A stretch of DNA of 63,609 nucleotides, filler included, from Hyphochytrium catenoides (taxonomy: Eukaryota; Protista; Hyphochytriomycota): NCBI GenBank assembly GCA_900088475.1. It is 13 parts of 13 records of this genome, joined end to end, with 100 filler letters (N's around TTAATTAATTAA, not from the genome) between each part and the next. Parts side by side here need not be neighbours in the genome. Positions count along the whole stretch, not along the records: positions 37,200 to 57,935 come from FLMG01003990.1; 12 more parts are not named here. The stretch is one strand, 5' to 3'. Both the position numbers and the translations under genes were made by a program. Under the pieces are notes generated by a model. That model saw only the letters and a program-made list of their open reading frames with translations, ran no database searches and had not been told where the DNA came from. Below, piece by piece: positions 44,901 to 56,582 of this stretch; within the stretch, counting starts at the first letter, position 1; every line of letters begins with the position of its first letter.

Positions 44901-47900
44901 GGACTGGCTTAACAAGCGTGATCATCAGTTTGGAACCAACCCCACTCTGTGGCTGAACTACGTCTTCTCCACCCATCCCCTCATGTGGAACACCAGCCAA
45001 CCCGGTAAGTTGTGTGAGTTGGCCAGGTCCCTTGTCGAGGTTGCCTCTCGGCAGAGGAGGGAAGAGCCCCAGGGCTAACTTCAGGCTAGCTAAGCTGCAT
45101 GGCGCCGCTTTATCCTGTCCAGGCCTCTCGGCTCCCTGTTGTTGCCTTACTTTCGTCCATATCGCCTTACAATCTGCTTTGTCTCTTCCATGTCCTCTTG
45201 TCTCACCGTATCTCCTGCCGTTTGCTGTCCTGCCGGACCTCCGCTTCCTATCCTAAAGATCTGCGGCTGCAGAAGCGTCCTATTCTCATGCATCGGTGGG
45301 GTGGGCTTGGCAACCACCGGTATCCAATCGGGTTTAGCGGTGATGTTCAGGTCTCATGGGACTCTTTGGCGGCTCAGCCTCCATTCACTGCCTCCGCAGC
45401 CAACGTAAGCCAGCTGCTAGCTAAACTTTGGCTTCATGGAAGTATTCAAAAAAAAGAACTTCCTCTGTAGGTTGGCTTTGGCTACTGGAGTCACGACCTA
45501 GGCGGCCACACGTCACCTTCAGCTCCCGAGCTGTATGTGCGTTGGGTGCAGTGGGGGATCTTCTCTCCTATCTTCCGGACTCACTGCACGAAGGTATGAG
45601 AGCTAGTGCAGAACAAGCGAGTTAGCTAGAGTGGTCGACCTTGTGTGTAGAGTTGGTCTGCCACCAACTGGACAGCACTTTATTCGTGAGAGGTGACGAG
45701 GGAAGGCGACATGAGATCGAAGTCTGGGGCAGAGACCTGCTCTTTATTGGATTCTGACGCCCCTCCTTCTCATACCTCCAACCTCTCCATCTCCCGCCCA
45801 CATGCTGGCCAAAGAATGCTGGGAACTATCGTGACTTCTGGCGGTACCCCTGGCCATACTCGCAGATTCTAAGAGAGTTTGTGAGGCTACGTTTCCAGCT
45901 TCTCCCTTACATCTACACTCAGGTAACATTCTGTACATCCTCCGCGGGTTCCTCCCCTCAGAGGCTCCGGCTCCCATGGCGCGACGGGGCCAAAATTAGC
46001 CCTGCCTCCTTCTTCTCCTTTATTCTTTGGTTGTCCGGCTTGATAATCGGGTACATCTTCTGTCTCCGCGCTAGCGCCATTCATCTTTACTTTCTACTTG
46101 TTCGTTGTCCACGGTAGAGGGCCAAGCGTTTTACTCATCATCATCTCGGTTGCGGGTTAGGCTCGGCGAACGTACGACACGGGGCTCAGTCTTGTTCGAG
46201 GTCTCTATTGGGAGTGGCCTGCTTTGGCTGAATCGTACGGTCACACCTCCCAGTACGTCTTCGGTGACGATTTGCTAGTGGCACCAATCACGGAGGCCGC
46301 CGAGGACGGCACAGGTAGGATCTCTATGGCCCTAAAGCGCAGGGCAAAGAGCACGCTGAGAGAGGGCATGTAATTGTTTTCAGGAGTGTTGCAGGTTTAG
46401 GATGGCAAAGGAAAATTTTGATGAGTACGGAGCTGACTTGCCCTGCCCTCAGGATTGGTCTCTCGTACCATATGGTTCCCACCTGGTCTCTGGTTTGACT
46501 TCTTCACCGGAAAAAGGGTAAGCGGACCAAGCACTTTATCCATAGACTACACCATTAAAGAGATGCCAGGTGAGGTTCTCGCTCTCATTGGACGTGCTGC
46601 GTCCGACTAAATGGCCGTCCTCTAGTCTTTGTCCGTGCAGGCGCTGTGATTCCTTCCCAGCCGGAGGAGCTCTTGAGTGCTGGGCGCCTCGGCAAGGCTC
46701 AGCAGCTCCCCGAAGTCCTGAGGTTCACCATATTCCCCTATGATGGCGCAGAAGGGCAAGGTAAAGATGTAGCCAGGAACTAGGAATCTGACATAGAGCC
46801 AACTTTACAAGCACAGCGAAACACCTGTCAGGATAATGGCAATGGCAAGATGCAACCATTATTCCGAGAGTTAAGAGAAAACTAAAACCCGGACGTATGT
46901 CGCGGCCTTTGTTGATGCTCCTCTCTCTGTTTCTCTGTTGGGTTCTTCCCAGGAAATGTCTATGAGGACGATGGCGCCTCGATGGAATACACAGCCGGAG
47001 GATGGGCCGAGACCACGTTGAGTTTCAGCGCCAGCCAGAGGCGTGTCCGTGCTACTTTGCATCCCGTTCAGGGTGACTTCAAAGGCCAAAGAAAAAGCAG
47101 GAGATATCAGGTAAGGCGCCGCTTCCTCGCTCTCAAGCGAAAGTCCTCTCTTCTCTCAATTAGAACTGGCCAACTATTCCCTAACGTTCCTACGATTTCG
47201 GGTTTCCCACCATAGTCTTTTACCCTTCACTAGATTGTCCTTCGGTCTGTATGGCCTCCAGAATCAGTTCAAGTTGATGGCAAGTCCGTCCCCTACGCTG
47301 TTGAAACCAAAGATCTGGACTATAAGGGCTCAGAGGCGACAAGGGATAAGGACAGCTGGAGCTATGATGGATCTCTTCTTAGTCTAGAGCTAAGGCTCGG
47401 AGTCCGATCAGTGCAGGAGGAGCTCAAGGTTGAGTTTACCTTCCCAGGTAGTTGAGCAGACGAAGGCACCCTTTTCTGGACTCACAGAGCTAACTTAAGT
47501 TTCCTGCCGCTATAGATGCACACTTTTCCACTCCACATACGTTTCCCCACTCTCTGAGCCGCATGTGCGAGGTACGACTACGGTCAATTGACTGGAACCG
47601 CCTCCTAGCCTTTCGCTGTCCGGTTATAGCGTGCCCCTTCTGTCTCTGCTCTCCTCCCCTTTCCCAATCAGCTTCTGGAGCTCAGCGTGTCACTCAATTA
47701 GGACCGAGTCCATACCAATCTTTTAGCATCAAAGTCACACGCGCCTCGCCTTGCTGACTCGTCTACCGTCATCTGATCCCTTTCTCGCGCTTATGGAAAG
47801 TTGGCGTCCTTCGCTTGCGCTCACTTTCGTCTTACGGGAACCGTTAATGTGCGACAGGTGAAAGCCTTGTTGGATGACCAATGGGGGGTGGACACAGTTT

Positions 47901-48360
47901 ATCAAGATGACTATCCAGCGCTACTTACCGCTGCAGGGGCAGGTCAGCGAATAACTTATGAACCTTCAACGGCCAGAGCCGAGGTGCGAAGGTACTTCGA
48001 GGAGCTACTTCCTAAGGCCCAAGACGAGATAAAGGCAAGACAACCATCCTTTTCTATAGCCTTGCCCACAACTTGTTCAGTTTTCCCCGCCTCTCTGAGC
48101 TGTTGACCTCCACATGAAGAAGAGGAAATAGCGTGCTCAGTTTCTACTTGGCTGCCACCCATCAATCTTTCATGATGCGTCCCCACTACGCCTGTCTTCT
48201 TGTCACACTCTCCCTTGATCCCACTATTGCGCTCCTACAGGGACTGAAGGCGCTGAATGGGCCGATAAGGGGGAAAGCACTGCGCCTGCTTGTCATTCCG
48301 GGGTCTGAAGATACTCTGAATCCATTAGAGGGGCCTTCGCATGCCTCTCTCTCGACCTAA
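41908..48360 (+). CDS. GH31 alpha-glycosidase (GH31_u1-like subfamily), multi-exon, N-terminal signal/anchor, internal trefoil domain
   Basis: Exons give ARFTVLTDSLIRLEWS, GLISQDGFVVVDDS, DLYLFAHGLDYK, SRYWAF, PLDVLVIDMDWH, GFTWDKHLFPNP, LKVTLNLHPASG, the nucleophile motif GVDFWWLDWQQG, the acid/base motif HRYPIGFSGD, GYWSHDLGGH, RWVQWGIFSPIFRTH, QYVFGDDLLVAPI and a DUF5110-like YEDDG. The last exon ends at TAA 48360. Confidence 0.92.
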
Positions 48361-48653
48361 GAGCTCAACCTCTGATCGACGACTCCAACTAAGAACTTTT
48401 AACATAGTCAGCAGTTTACTAGCAATACAAAGGCGGAGCGATTGCTCTGTCGGGGCCGATAGCCTTTAAAGACCTGAACTCTTTCTCAAGTTGGTGATCC
48501 TTGACGGTAGTGCTTTTCGCGCTTAGGACTTCGAAGTTGAAACCATCTTTATTTGCCGCTACCATACGGAGGACGAGCTCTTGACACAATACACTATGAT
48601 GAAGTTTGAAGCGCTGGGCACAGGGAACCACTCCGTCTTAGAGCTCTTCGCCT

Positions 48654-51600
48654 TCAAGCCCGCTTGTCCCAACCGCCACACCCTGTCAGGGGCTTCCTCT
48701 CCCCCTTGATTTGGAAATCGCCCTCCACATATGGCACTGAAGAAAGAGGTTGTCCACCACCAATAAAGATCCGCATACTCAGAGGCTCTAGAGCGAGCAG
48801 GCATGGTACGGCGGATGGGCGATGTCGAAAGGAGAGTAGACGCAGTGGGGGTGAGCAACGGTACTTGGAAATGGGCAAAAGAAGATGAAAAGGGAAGAAA
48901 GGCTCTCTCCAAGCTGGAGGCAAACCAGTAACAACCGTCGGTTATAAAAAGCCAACGAAGCCATAAAGACGGGCGGTGATAATAGACTATAACTGAGATG
49001 TGGCAGACCTGAGAACCATCCAGCGGGAGGAGCTATGGCGGATATCACTCCCGGAGCTCTCCTGCTGGCCAAGGTGGAAAACTTAAGTGTGCAGTTCCCG
49101 TTCCGCAAGCTAAAGCCAGCGCAACCGTCCACGGTATGGCAGAGAGAACAGCATGTCGACGGTGAAGCAGGAGACGAAGACGACTTGAGGGCTGACGGGA
49201 GGATGTTGTCATCTAAGAACTCTATGTCTTTCTGGATATCCGTACACTGTGGATCAGTGATGTATAAAGCGAACGCCGACGGAGGTAGAGTAATGGTGAT
49301 CCTACGCTCTTCATTCTTGCTCAGAGAAAGACGCATGAAGTCAACAAGCTGTAGTGCGGGGGCGTCAATTCTCCTTCCTCCGTCTTGCTGCAGGGCGGGT
49401 ACCACGTGAGTCTTCCCCCATGCGACATAGACTTGAACCACTTCCTCTCCACTCCTCTTCCCAACGTTCTTGACCGTGAAAGTCGCTTGAATGCTTTCGC
49501 AGGTTTTGATGGATGAAGAAGAGAGCTTGAGCCTCGAGTACCTGAAGGAAGTGTAGCTTAACCTAGGAATAGAAAGGCGAGTCAGAGTTAGATGTGCATT
49601 TTTCTGCTGTATCACGCAAACATGGAGAGCTGAGAACTGACGGATGATGCTCCACTTACCCGTATCCAAATGGAAAGAGGTATCCTTTTTGCTCAAACCT
49701 GTAGGTCCTGCCCCTCATCTTATAATCCACGATAGAGGGGACATCGCTCTCTGATCGGGGCCAGGTGTACGGCAGCCTGCCACCTGGATTTATCTCACCT
49801 GTCACAACTTTCCTCAAGGCCAAACCGGCAGTCTGCCCGGGAAGAAAGAGGGAAAGAATGGCCTGAACTTTGTCGCTAGATACGGCCCAGTTGATATCAA
49901 CAGGACCTGGAAGAGATGGAGAGAACACCCTTTGAGCCGAAGCTGCCCAAAAAAAGCACCGTTGTTCAAGAGAGGCCACAAAATAGAAGAGAACCCTATC
50001 ACTGCGGGAAGAGCATACAAGTCAAGGAAGGTTTGAGTTGGTCAGGGGAAAAGGGCGGAGAATGCCCTCTTGAGAAAGTGAGTAGGAGGAAAGTCAGAGT
50101 GCGTCCATTTTACGATACAAATGATAGGGAATAGAGAGAACTTACTGGCGCTGATTAGCACAAGAATGACCTTTCCCTTAGTGCCGGCTGTCACAACTCG
50201 GAGCAGATGCTCCTGGAGTCCCGGCAGCCTAATAGAAGAGCGGTCTGATCCTTCGCTCTCTAGGCGACGACCTACACCCAGAATCACGAACGTCACATCT
50301 GCAGTCGCTACTGCCTCTCGCACCTTATCTTCGTCAACAAGGGCACAGCTTTCATTAGTCTGGCAGCCTTCACAGAAGCTAAAGTCGGCCTGCCACTCTC
50401 TTGCAAGATCTGCTATACCAGCCGCTGGGGTGACGATGAAGCCTTTGATAGACTCAACATCAGGAGAGTAATCCGCCAAAAGAAGTTCAGAGGCATTGCC
50501 ATAAGGGCCTACCATAGCGATCTTCCTTCTCTGCCTTCTTTCGTCAGTCTGCGGGAAGGAGGCGCGTGACAGAGGAAGGGTGCCATCGTTTTTGAGGAGA
50601 ACGATAGATTTCGTGGCTGTCTCCAAAGAGAGGCCTTGATGTTCTTTACTCTGTATAATAGAGGTGGGCACCTGTACCCATGGATTCCATTCCGGAGGGT
50701 CAAACTCGCCCAGCCGGAGTCTAGCAAGAAACAAGCGCTTCACTGCCGTATTAAGCACCTCCTCGGAGACGAGCCCGGTCGTCCAGGCTTCGTGCAGGTA
50801 CGTGAAAGCGCCTTGATAGTCATTTCCCAGCTCTAAGTCGCAACCAGCGTTAGCTGCAGCCGTAGCAGCTAAGGTATAGTTTGCGACATTGTGATGACCG
50901 TTCTCGATTAGTTCCAGCGCTTCTTGGTCAGAAACAACATAGCCTTTAAAACCCCACTGGTCTCTTAAAATGGTAGAAAGAAGACGGCGGTTGGCACAGG
51001 CTGGAACGCCATTGATGCGGTTGTAGCTGCACATAAGGCTGACAGCACCAGCATCTACACACGCTTTGAACTGCGGTAAGAAGGTTGTCTGCCAGTCAAA
51101 CTCGCTCACTTTCGCGTCAAATGAAAATCTCAGCTCTGGGATGTTCTCTGGGCCACCATGCACGTCGAAGTGCTTGCAACCTGCGATGGTGAGAAGATAA
51201 CGTGGATGGTCCCCCTGAAGGCCACGAACAAACGCTGCCCCCATCTCTCCACTAAGATATGGGCATTCCCCTGCGGAAAAACGCAAGCACAAGGATACCA
51301 TGCTGACGTTAGGACAAGATCAAAGAGAGAGATGAGAAAGAGCTGTGCAAGACGCAGAACGGGTTAGAATCGAACAGCTATCCGGCGCAGAGATGGTGAT
51401 GAACCCGTTTCAAGCCATTGTCCAAGCTAGAAAAGTAGCGCAGTGGCCCAGAAGGGACGCACCATACCAAAGGTCTCCATATTTCTACCCCAAAGCGGGT
51501 GACGCATGATGTTGACCACAGGACTGAAGCAGCTCAGGCCCTTGTGATAGCCATAGTCTTCCTGGTGAACTGCCTCTGTGTTCTTGGCGCGCACTTCTAA

Positions 51601-52225
51601 GCCTATAGCATGGGCCGTACGACGCACCAGTTCCTTGTCAAAGGTTGCGGCCAAGCCGATAGGGGCTGGAAAGGATGTAGCCATTCCTGCTTCTGAGTCA
51701 CCGGTCAGGCATTCCGTTCCCCACTGATACGGCTTGATACCTATTCCGAGACCGAGGGACATCAAGAGCAGTCAGATGGAAAGTCGAGTGACTCATTGCC
51801 CGGAACCTACCCAGTCGCTTGATCGGTGGGGAAGGCCCATTGTTTGTTGCCCCTCCATGACTCATCATCGAAATCTTTTCTCCGATTGTAAGTCTAGAGA
51901 CAATGTCGCGAGCTCGATCTTCAAGCGGCAAGTGCGGATTCCAGAAGGGCATGCGCTCCTCGAGAGGGGTATTACTTATGACCTCCTGAAGTGGGCCCTG
52001 CCATATTGCAGCTCCCTTCATCGCAACAGGAACCTTATCTTGAAGTGGCTTGACCTCAGATGACTCCTCCTCAACGGGGAAGTAAGCGCCATCATGAGGT
52101 GTGCCTACGTCGACATGAAGGAAGGCTACCAGTGCGCAGAGGGCCACAAGGGAGAACAACGCGATTAGAGTGCGAACATAGCTGTAACAGCTCATACCCT
52201 CTGAAATTGTGGTACGATGTTGCAT
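48654..52225 (-). CDS. GH3 beta-xylosidase/beta-glucosidase (BXL-like), multi-exon, N-terminal anchor, PAN/Apple module in the C-terminal Fn3-like domain
   Basis: PFWNPHLPLEDRARDIVSRLT, ATSFPAPIGLAATFD, SPVVNIMRHPLWGRNMETFGECPYL, CKHFDVHGGPE, MCSYNRINGVPACAN, the nucleophile motif GYVVSD, SIVLLKND, NPGGRLPYTWP, YLFPFG-LSYTSF, VKNVGKRSGEEVVQVY. The last exon reads RIFIGGGQP...GWDKRA* (48654). Confidence 0.93.
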
Positions 52226-53544
52226 GTGCGCTGGCTCTCAAACAGTCGCGATAGATAGAAGATGCAACAGCGGTTTTTGCCAATCCCTAAGTAGACTCTT
52301 TAAGCCACCCAAAAGTGGTGCTCGTCTCTAGGGACTATCGCTTGCTATTCACAGCTATAGTGGCTAGGACCAGCCAAAGAGGGGAGCCTCTGGTGAAGGA
52401 TGGGCTCAATACAGGCCAGTGCGGCACAAGTCCTTACTGACCTCGTCTGTTACACTGCCGTTGAGCCAGAGATGGTCGCAGGAGAGAAGGACGTGGGGTG
52501 ATGGCGGCTCATCCAAAGGCCTTTATAATATCGAGCTGCGGTGCTGATGGAGCTTCCTAAGAGCTAAGAGCGCTGCCTCTCGCCCAAAGATGAAGATCTT
52601 CAACATCAGAACTGGGCTACCCAGATATCTGGTTATGTGTGAAATGGGTAACCCAGGTCAGCTGCAAGCTCCAAAAATGCCAGTACACCATCTTCCTAGA
52701 GGAATCTTAGACCATCAATCTCAAGAATCAACACTCTTCCCTTGGCAGTTATCGCTGATAGGGACTAACCCAATACGTGATCGTCTCTGGCGGTGTTGGT
52801 GTTGTGATTCTCATTGCCCCCAAGCATCTATCTCCCTCTGCCTCTTCCCTCACTGGCCCCACCCTCTCCCTCACAACCCAAGACCAAACCTCAAGCAGGG
52901 AGGGACTCCGTCCTGAGGGGGTGTGAGAGGCCCTACCCCGGAGCCTTACCATATCTATTATACTACACCTCTCCATCCCCCCACCGCCTCTACCCTTAGC
53001 CTGCCGTCCTACCCCGTCATCTCCTGATGCCTGCTCTTTTTCTGCTTTCTCGCGCCTGCGTCCTCATGGCACTCACAGCTTCCGCTTCGGTTCTGTTCTG
53101 TCTGTGCCTCTCTCTCATCAGGCTTTATAGGCGATAACACGGCTGGTGGAAGAGTTCGACATTGTAGACTCACAATGGGCCTTACGCAGATGCCATCGTC
53201 ATAGTTCATTGTGCTGCAAGTCGCTGGTACTGAAGAGGAGAGCCTTTGAAGGGGAGAGCAGAGAAGAGCACACGCAAAGTAGTAGCACAAAGGAGACGCG
53301 GTGGGCGCAAGGGTACTATCAGACGCTGGCGTTTAGAAGATCTGGGGCCATCGCCTCCTTCTTACTCGTGCCAGGACGAATACAAATGATGTGTGCTACT
53401 GCTCATCGTAGTCACATCGGAGGCTCCTAGTACGCTCGCTCGGCTTCGTGCTCCTTGTCACTGGCGCGGGGAGTCGTGAAGCATATTTGAACCAGCTCGT
53501 TCAAGAGCAGATTTCCCACACCACGTTACCTAGAGGACTGGATC

Positions 53545-56070
53545 ATGCGGCAATCTAGCTCTGGGGCCGTGGACAGCCCGGAGGACAAGACCTCTCCATT
53601 GCGAGATGAATATGAGAGCCTCGAGCATGCTAGCAAGCTCGAGAAGGCGTCCAATACGACCTGGAAAGACGGAAAGAGCGGCAAACTCTCTCGCATTGAG
53701 ATGCAGTACAGCATCAATCCTTTTCTACGAACTCAGCAATCGTGCTCCGGCCTGGACAGCCAAGAAAGCTTTCGGCATCTGGAGCAATCCAACAGGTTCC
53801 GCCGGACGCGGGATATATTCTCGTCCATCGACCAGCAAACTTCTCAGGAAGACAGTAGTATACAAGGCACGTCACCAGACCAGCTCGAGAGTCAGCTCCG
53901 AGCTCGAAGAGCTGGTCCTAGCAATGAGGCAGACGACTCTATCTCAAAGAACGCTTACCCGCTACCTCCCAAAAAGCCACGCTCGAAGGCTACGGTGCAC
54001 TTTTTAACCTCTTTTGCCGCTTTGGGGGCCGTTTTTGGAGACCTCGGGACGTCACCAATCTATGCGTTCACAGGTATCTTTGCACATGAGACGGACAATG
54101 AGACACTTCCAACTCGCGATGATGTCATTGGCGTGCTTAGCACCGTACTCTGGGTCCTTATACTTGTGGCAGGCGTGAAATACGCTATAGTTGTGATGCG
54201 CGCGGATTATAATGGAGAAGGAGGGACATTTGCCCTCTTTGAACTGGCGATGGAGGAGCGGCATCGAATGCCAAAGTGGCGTCTCAAGTTGCTGGTGGTG
54301 CTCGCTTCCGTTTCTGTCGCTCTATTCTTAGGAGACTGTGCACTTACTCCAGCTGTCTCCATACTCTCTGCCCTGGACGGCATCACGCTAGAGGTTGCCG
54401 AGTTTGATAGCTACAGCCCGTGGGTGGCTGTCGTGATCGTAATTCTACTCTTCTCTGTACAGGGCTATGGCTCAGGAAAGGTTGGTTTGGCTTTTAGTCC
54501 CATAGTTTTCCTCTGGTATCTTACTATGGCGACTCTGGGCATCTATAACCTTGTCTACTACGACCACTCGGTGCTCAAGGCTTTCAATCCCGTGTGGCTC
54601 TTCAGGCTTTGGACGAAAGATACCTTCTCTGAGTTCAAGGCCTTCAAGGCCTTGGGTCTTGTGATCTTGGTTGTGACGGGAGTCGAGGCAATGTATGTGG
54701 ATATGGGACATTTCGGTCGACCGGCAGTCTACACGGCCTTTTCCTTCATCTTTCCTTGTTTGCTCCTGCAATACTGCGGGCAGGCAGCGTACTTGGCTAG
54801 CTTCGTAGACCCATCGAACACGTCAATGAGTCTGGAGGACAAACTTGCCAATCTTCAAGCTTCAATCTTTTGGACCACTGTCCCTCAGGGCAACATGGGT
54901 CTTTACTATGTGGTCATCATTCTTGCCACTGCGGCCAGCATAGTGGCCTCTCAGTCTCTTATCACTTCAGCTTTCACCCTCATGAACCAAGCATCCGCCC
55001 TTAGCTTTGTCCCACGGCTAAAGGTAGTTCACACGAGCAAAATGCTGCGTGGCCAAGTGTACATTGGGATTGTCAACACGATCCTAGCGATAGTGTGCAT
55101 CATACTCATCATCGGATTCAGGGATGCGCAGAACCTTCTGTTTGCGTACGGGTTCGCTGTGAGCTGCGTCTTCCTTATGACGACTGTCCTACTCTGCTGG
55201 TTTGTCGCTCCTTTCTCCTGGAACCTTCCAACAGTCGTCTCCGGCCTCATGTTTGTGCTTTTTGGAGGTGTAGAGATACTCTTTGTTACGTCATCCTTCA
55301 ACAAAGTGCCAGACGGTGGATGGGTCTCGATTGTCATAGCGGCGGTACTGGTTGTGGTCATGCTGGTGTGGAGGACAGGGCGAGCGCTAACTAAAGCTGT
55401 CTATGTCAGCAGAAAACGGGAGGCACACTTTGCAGGCCCATTCAGAAACAAAAGAGAGCAAATCTACTCAATTGCTGACCTCCGAGAGAGTGCGAAAAGT
55501 GAGTCGGTGAGCCGTTGTGACGGAGTCGGAATCTTTCTCACGACGAACGCAAGTGACGTTCCTCCTGCCATGTCAAGGTTGATTGCTAGCACTGGAGTGC
55601 TGCCGAAGTATGCAATTTTATTGGTGGTGGAGGTGACGACCACACCGTTTGTCGAGCTTTGCGACAGAGTGGAAATCACTAGTATTGACGTAGATCTTGA
55701 CCTCTATCTGGTGACAGTCCGCTACGGCTGGGCAGAGCCTCTTTCGGACGTGAATTTGTGTGAAGCATTGAAGACAAGCGGAGAAGAGAAAAGCAATGAA
55801 ATCAACGCCCCTCCGGACCTTCTGGACCTCTTCCGCTCTATTATGGTGACGCAATCGAATACCACGGCAGAATGTGCGGAGAGAAGTGATCCTCTGTTTT
55901 TCTATGTCTCCTCCACGGTTCCTCGTCCAAGAGAAGACCGGAGCTTCTTGATGCGCGGTATCATCGAGCTCTATTGCAGTTTGAAGAAAGCAATCAACTC
56001 AGACGCTGTCCAGTACTACAATTTGCCTGCTAACAACTCCATTGAAGTTGGCGCGGTGTGCTTCTGCTAA
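53545..56070 (+). CDS. kup: KUP/HAK/KT family potassium transporter, intronless
   Basis: 841-aa ORF with GAVFGDLGTSPIYAF, RADYNGEGGTFALF, GDCALTPAVSILSA, TGVEAMYVDMGHFG, ASQSLIT, GQVYI, AYGFAV and KVPDGGW, plus about 12 hydrophobic segments. Confidence 0.96.
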   Translation: MRQSSSGAVDSPEDKTSPLRDEYESLEHASKLEKASNTTWKDGKSGKLSRIEMQYSINPFLRTQQSCSGLDSQESFRHLEQSNRFRRTRDIFSSIDQQTSQEDSSIQGTSPDQLESQLRARRAGPSNEADDSISKNAYPLPPKKPRSKATVHFLTSFAALGAVFGDLGTSPIYAFTGIFAHETDNETLPTRDDVIGVLSTVLWVLILVAGVKYAIVVMRADYNGEGGTFALFELAMEERHRMPKWRLKLLVVLASVSVALFLGDCALTPAVSILSALDGITLEVAEFDSYSPWVAVVIVILLFSVQGYGSGKVGLAFSPIVFLWYLTMATLGIYNLVYYDHSVLKAFNPVWLFRLWTKDTFSEFKAFKALGLVILVVTGVEAMYVDMGHFGRPAVYTAFSFIFPCLLLQYCGQAAYLASFVDPSNTSMSLEDKLANLQASIFWTTVPQGNMGLYYVVIILATAASIVASQSLITSAFTLMNQASALSFVPRLKVVHTSKMLRGQVYIGIVNTILAIVCIILIIGFRDAQNLLFAYGFAVSCVFLMTTVLLCWFVAPFSWNLPTVVSGLMFVLFGGVEILFVTSSFNKVPDGGWVSIVIAAVLVVVMLVWRTGRALTKAVYVSRKREAHFAGPFRNKREQIYSIADLRESAKSESVSRCDGVGIFLTTNASDVPPAMSRLIASTGVLPKYAILLVVEVTTTPFVELCDRVEITSIDVDLDLYLVTVRYGWAEPLSDVNLCEALKTSGEEKSNEINAPPDLLDLFRSIMVTQSNTTAECAERSDPLFFYVSSTVPRPREDRSFLMRGIIELYCSLKKAINSDAVQYYNLPANNSIEVGAVCFC

Positions 56071-56582
56071 GTGCACACACACAGGAAGGAGATGAAGGGA
56101 GAAAAGGAGGGTGAGATGGACGCCTCTCGCCTTAGTAGATAACACTCTATGTCTTAGCAAGTGAGGAGAAAGGGAACTTAGGTCCTCTCCGCTGCTATTG
56201 AAGTAGGAACAGAAGCTGTTAGGTTCTCATCAGATCAACGAGGACTAATATCACCTGCATTTTATGTTAGTCAGTATGTCGCATTCTATCTCTCTCAGCT
56301 TCTCGCCGCTTTGGTTACATCCCTCTTCGAATAGGTCTATATCCAGCAGAGCCTTACTACTAAGAAAACTGCTGATTCCCCTGATACGTAGGGTTTGCTT
56401 CAGGGTGTTCTCTATACCAATGCCAGACTCGCTTATTGCAGCAGACACTGCCAGTTAGGCAGCCACCTGCACTCTTTAGAAATGCTGCTCTTCCGCAGTA
56501 AGCACCCAGTATTGTGGTGTTACTGCAGGGAGCCGCTGGGATCACGGCCGGTGCCCATCTTCTTCCACTCGCGTGAGTCTCC

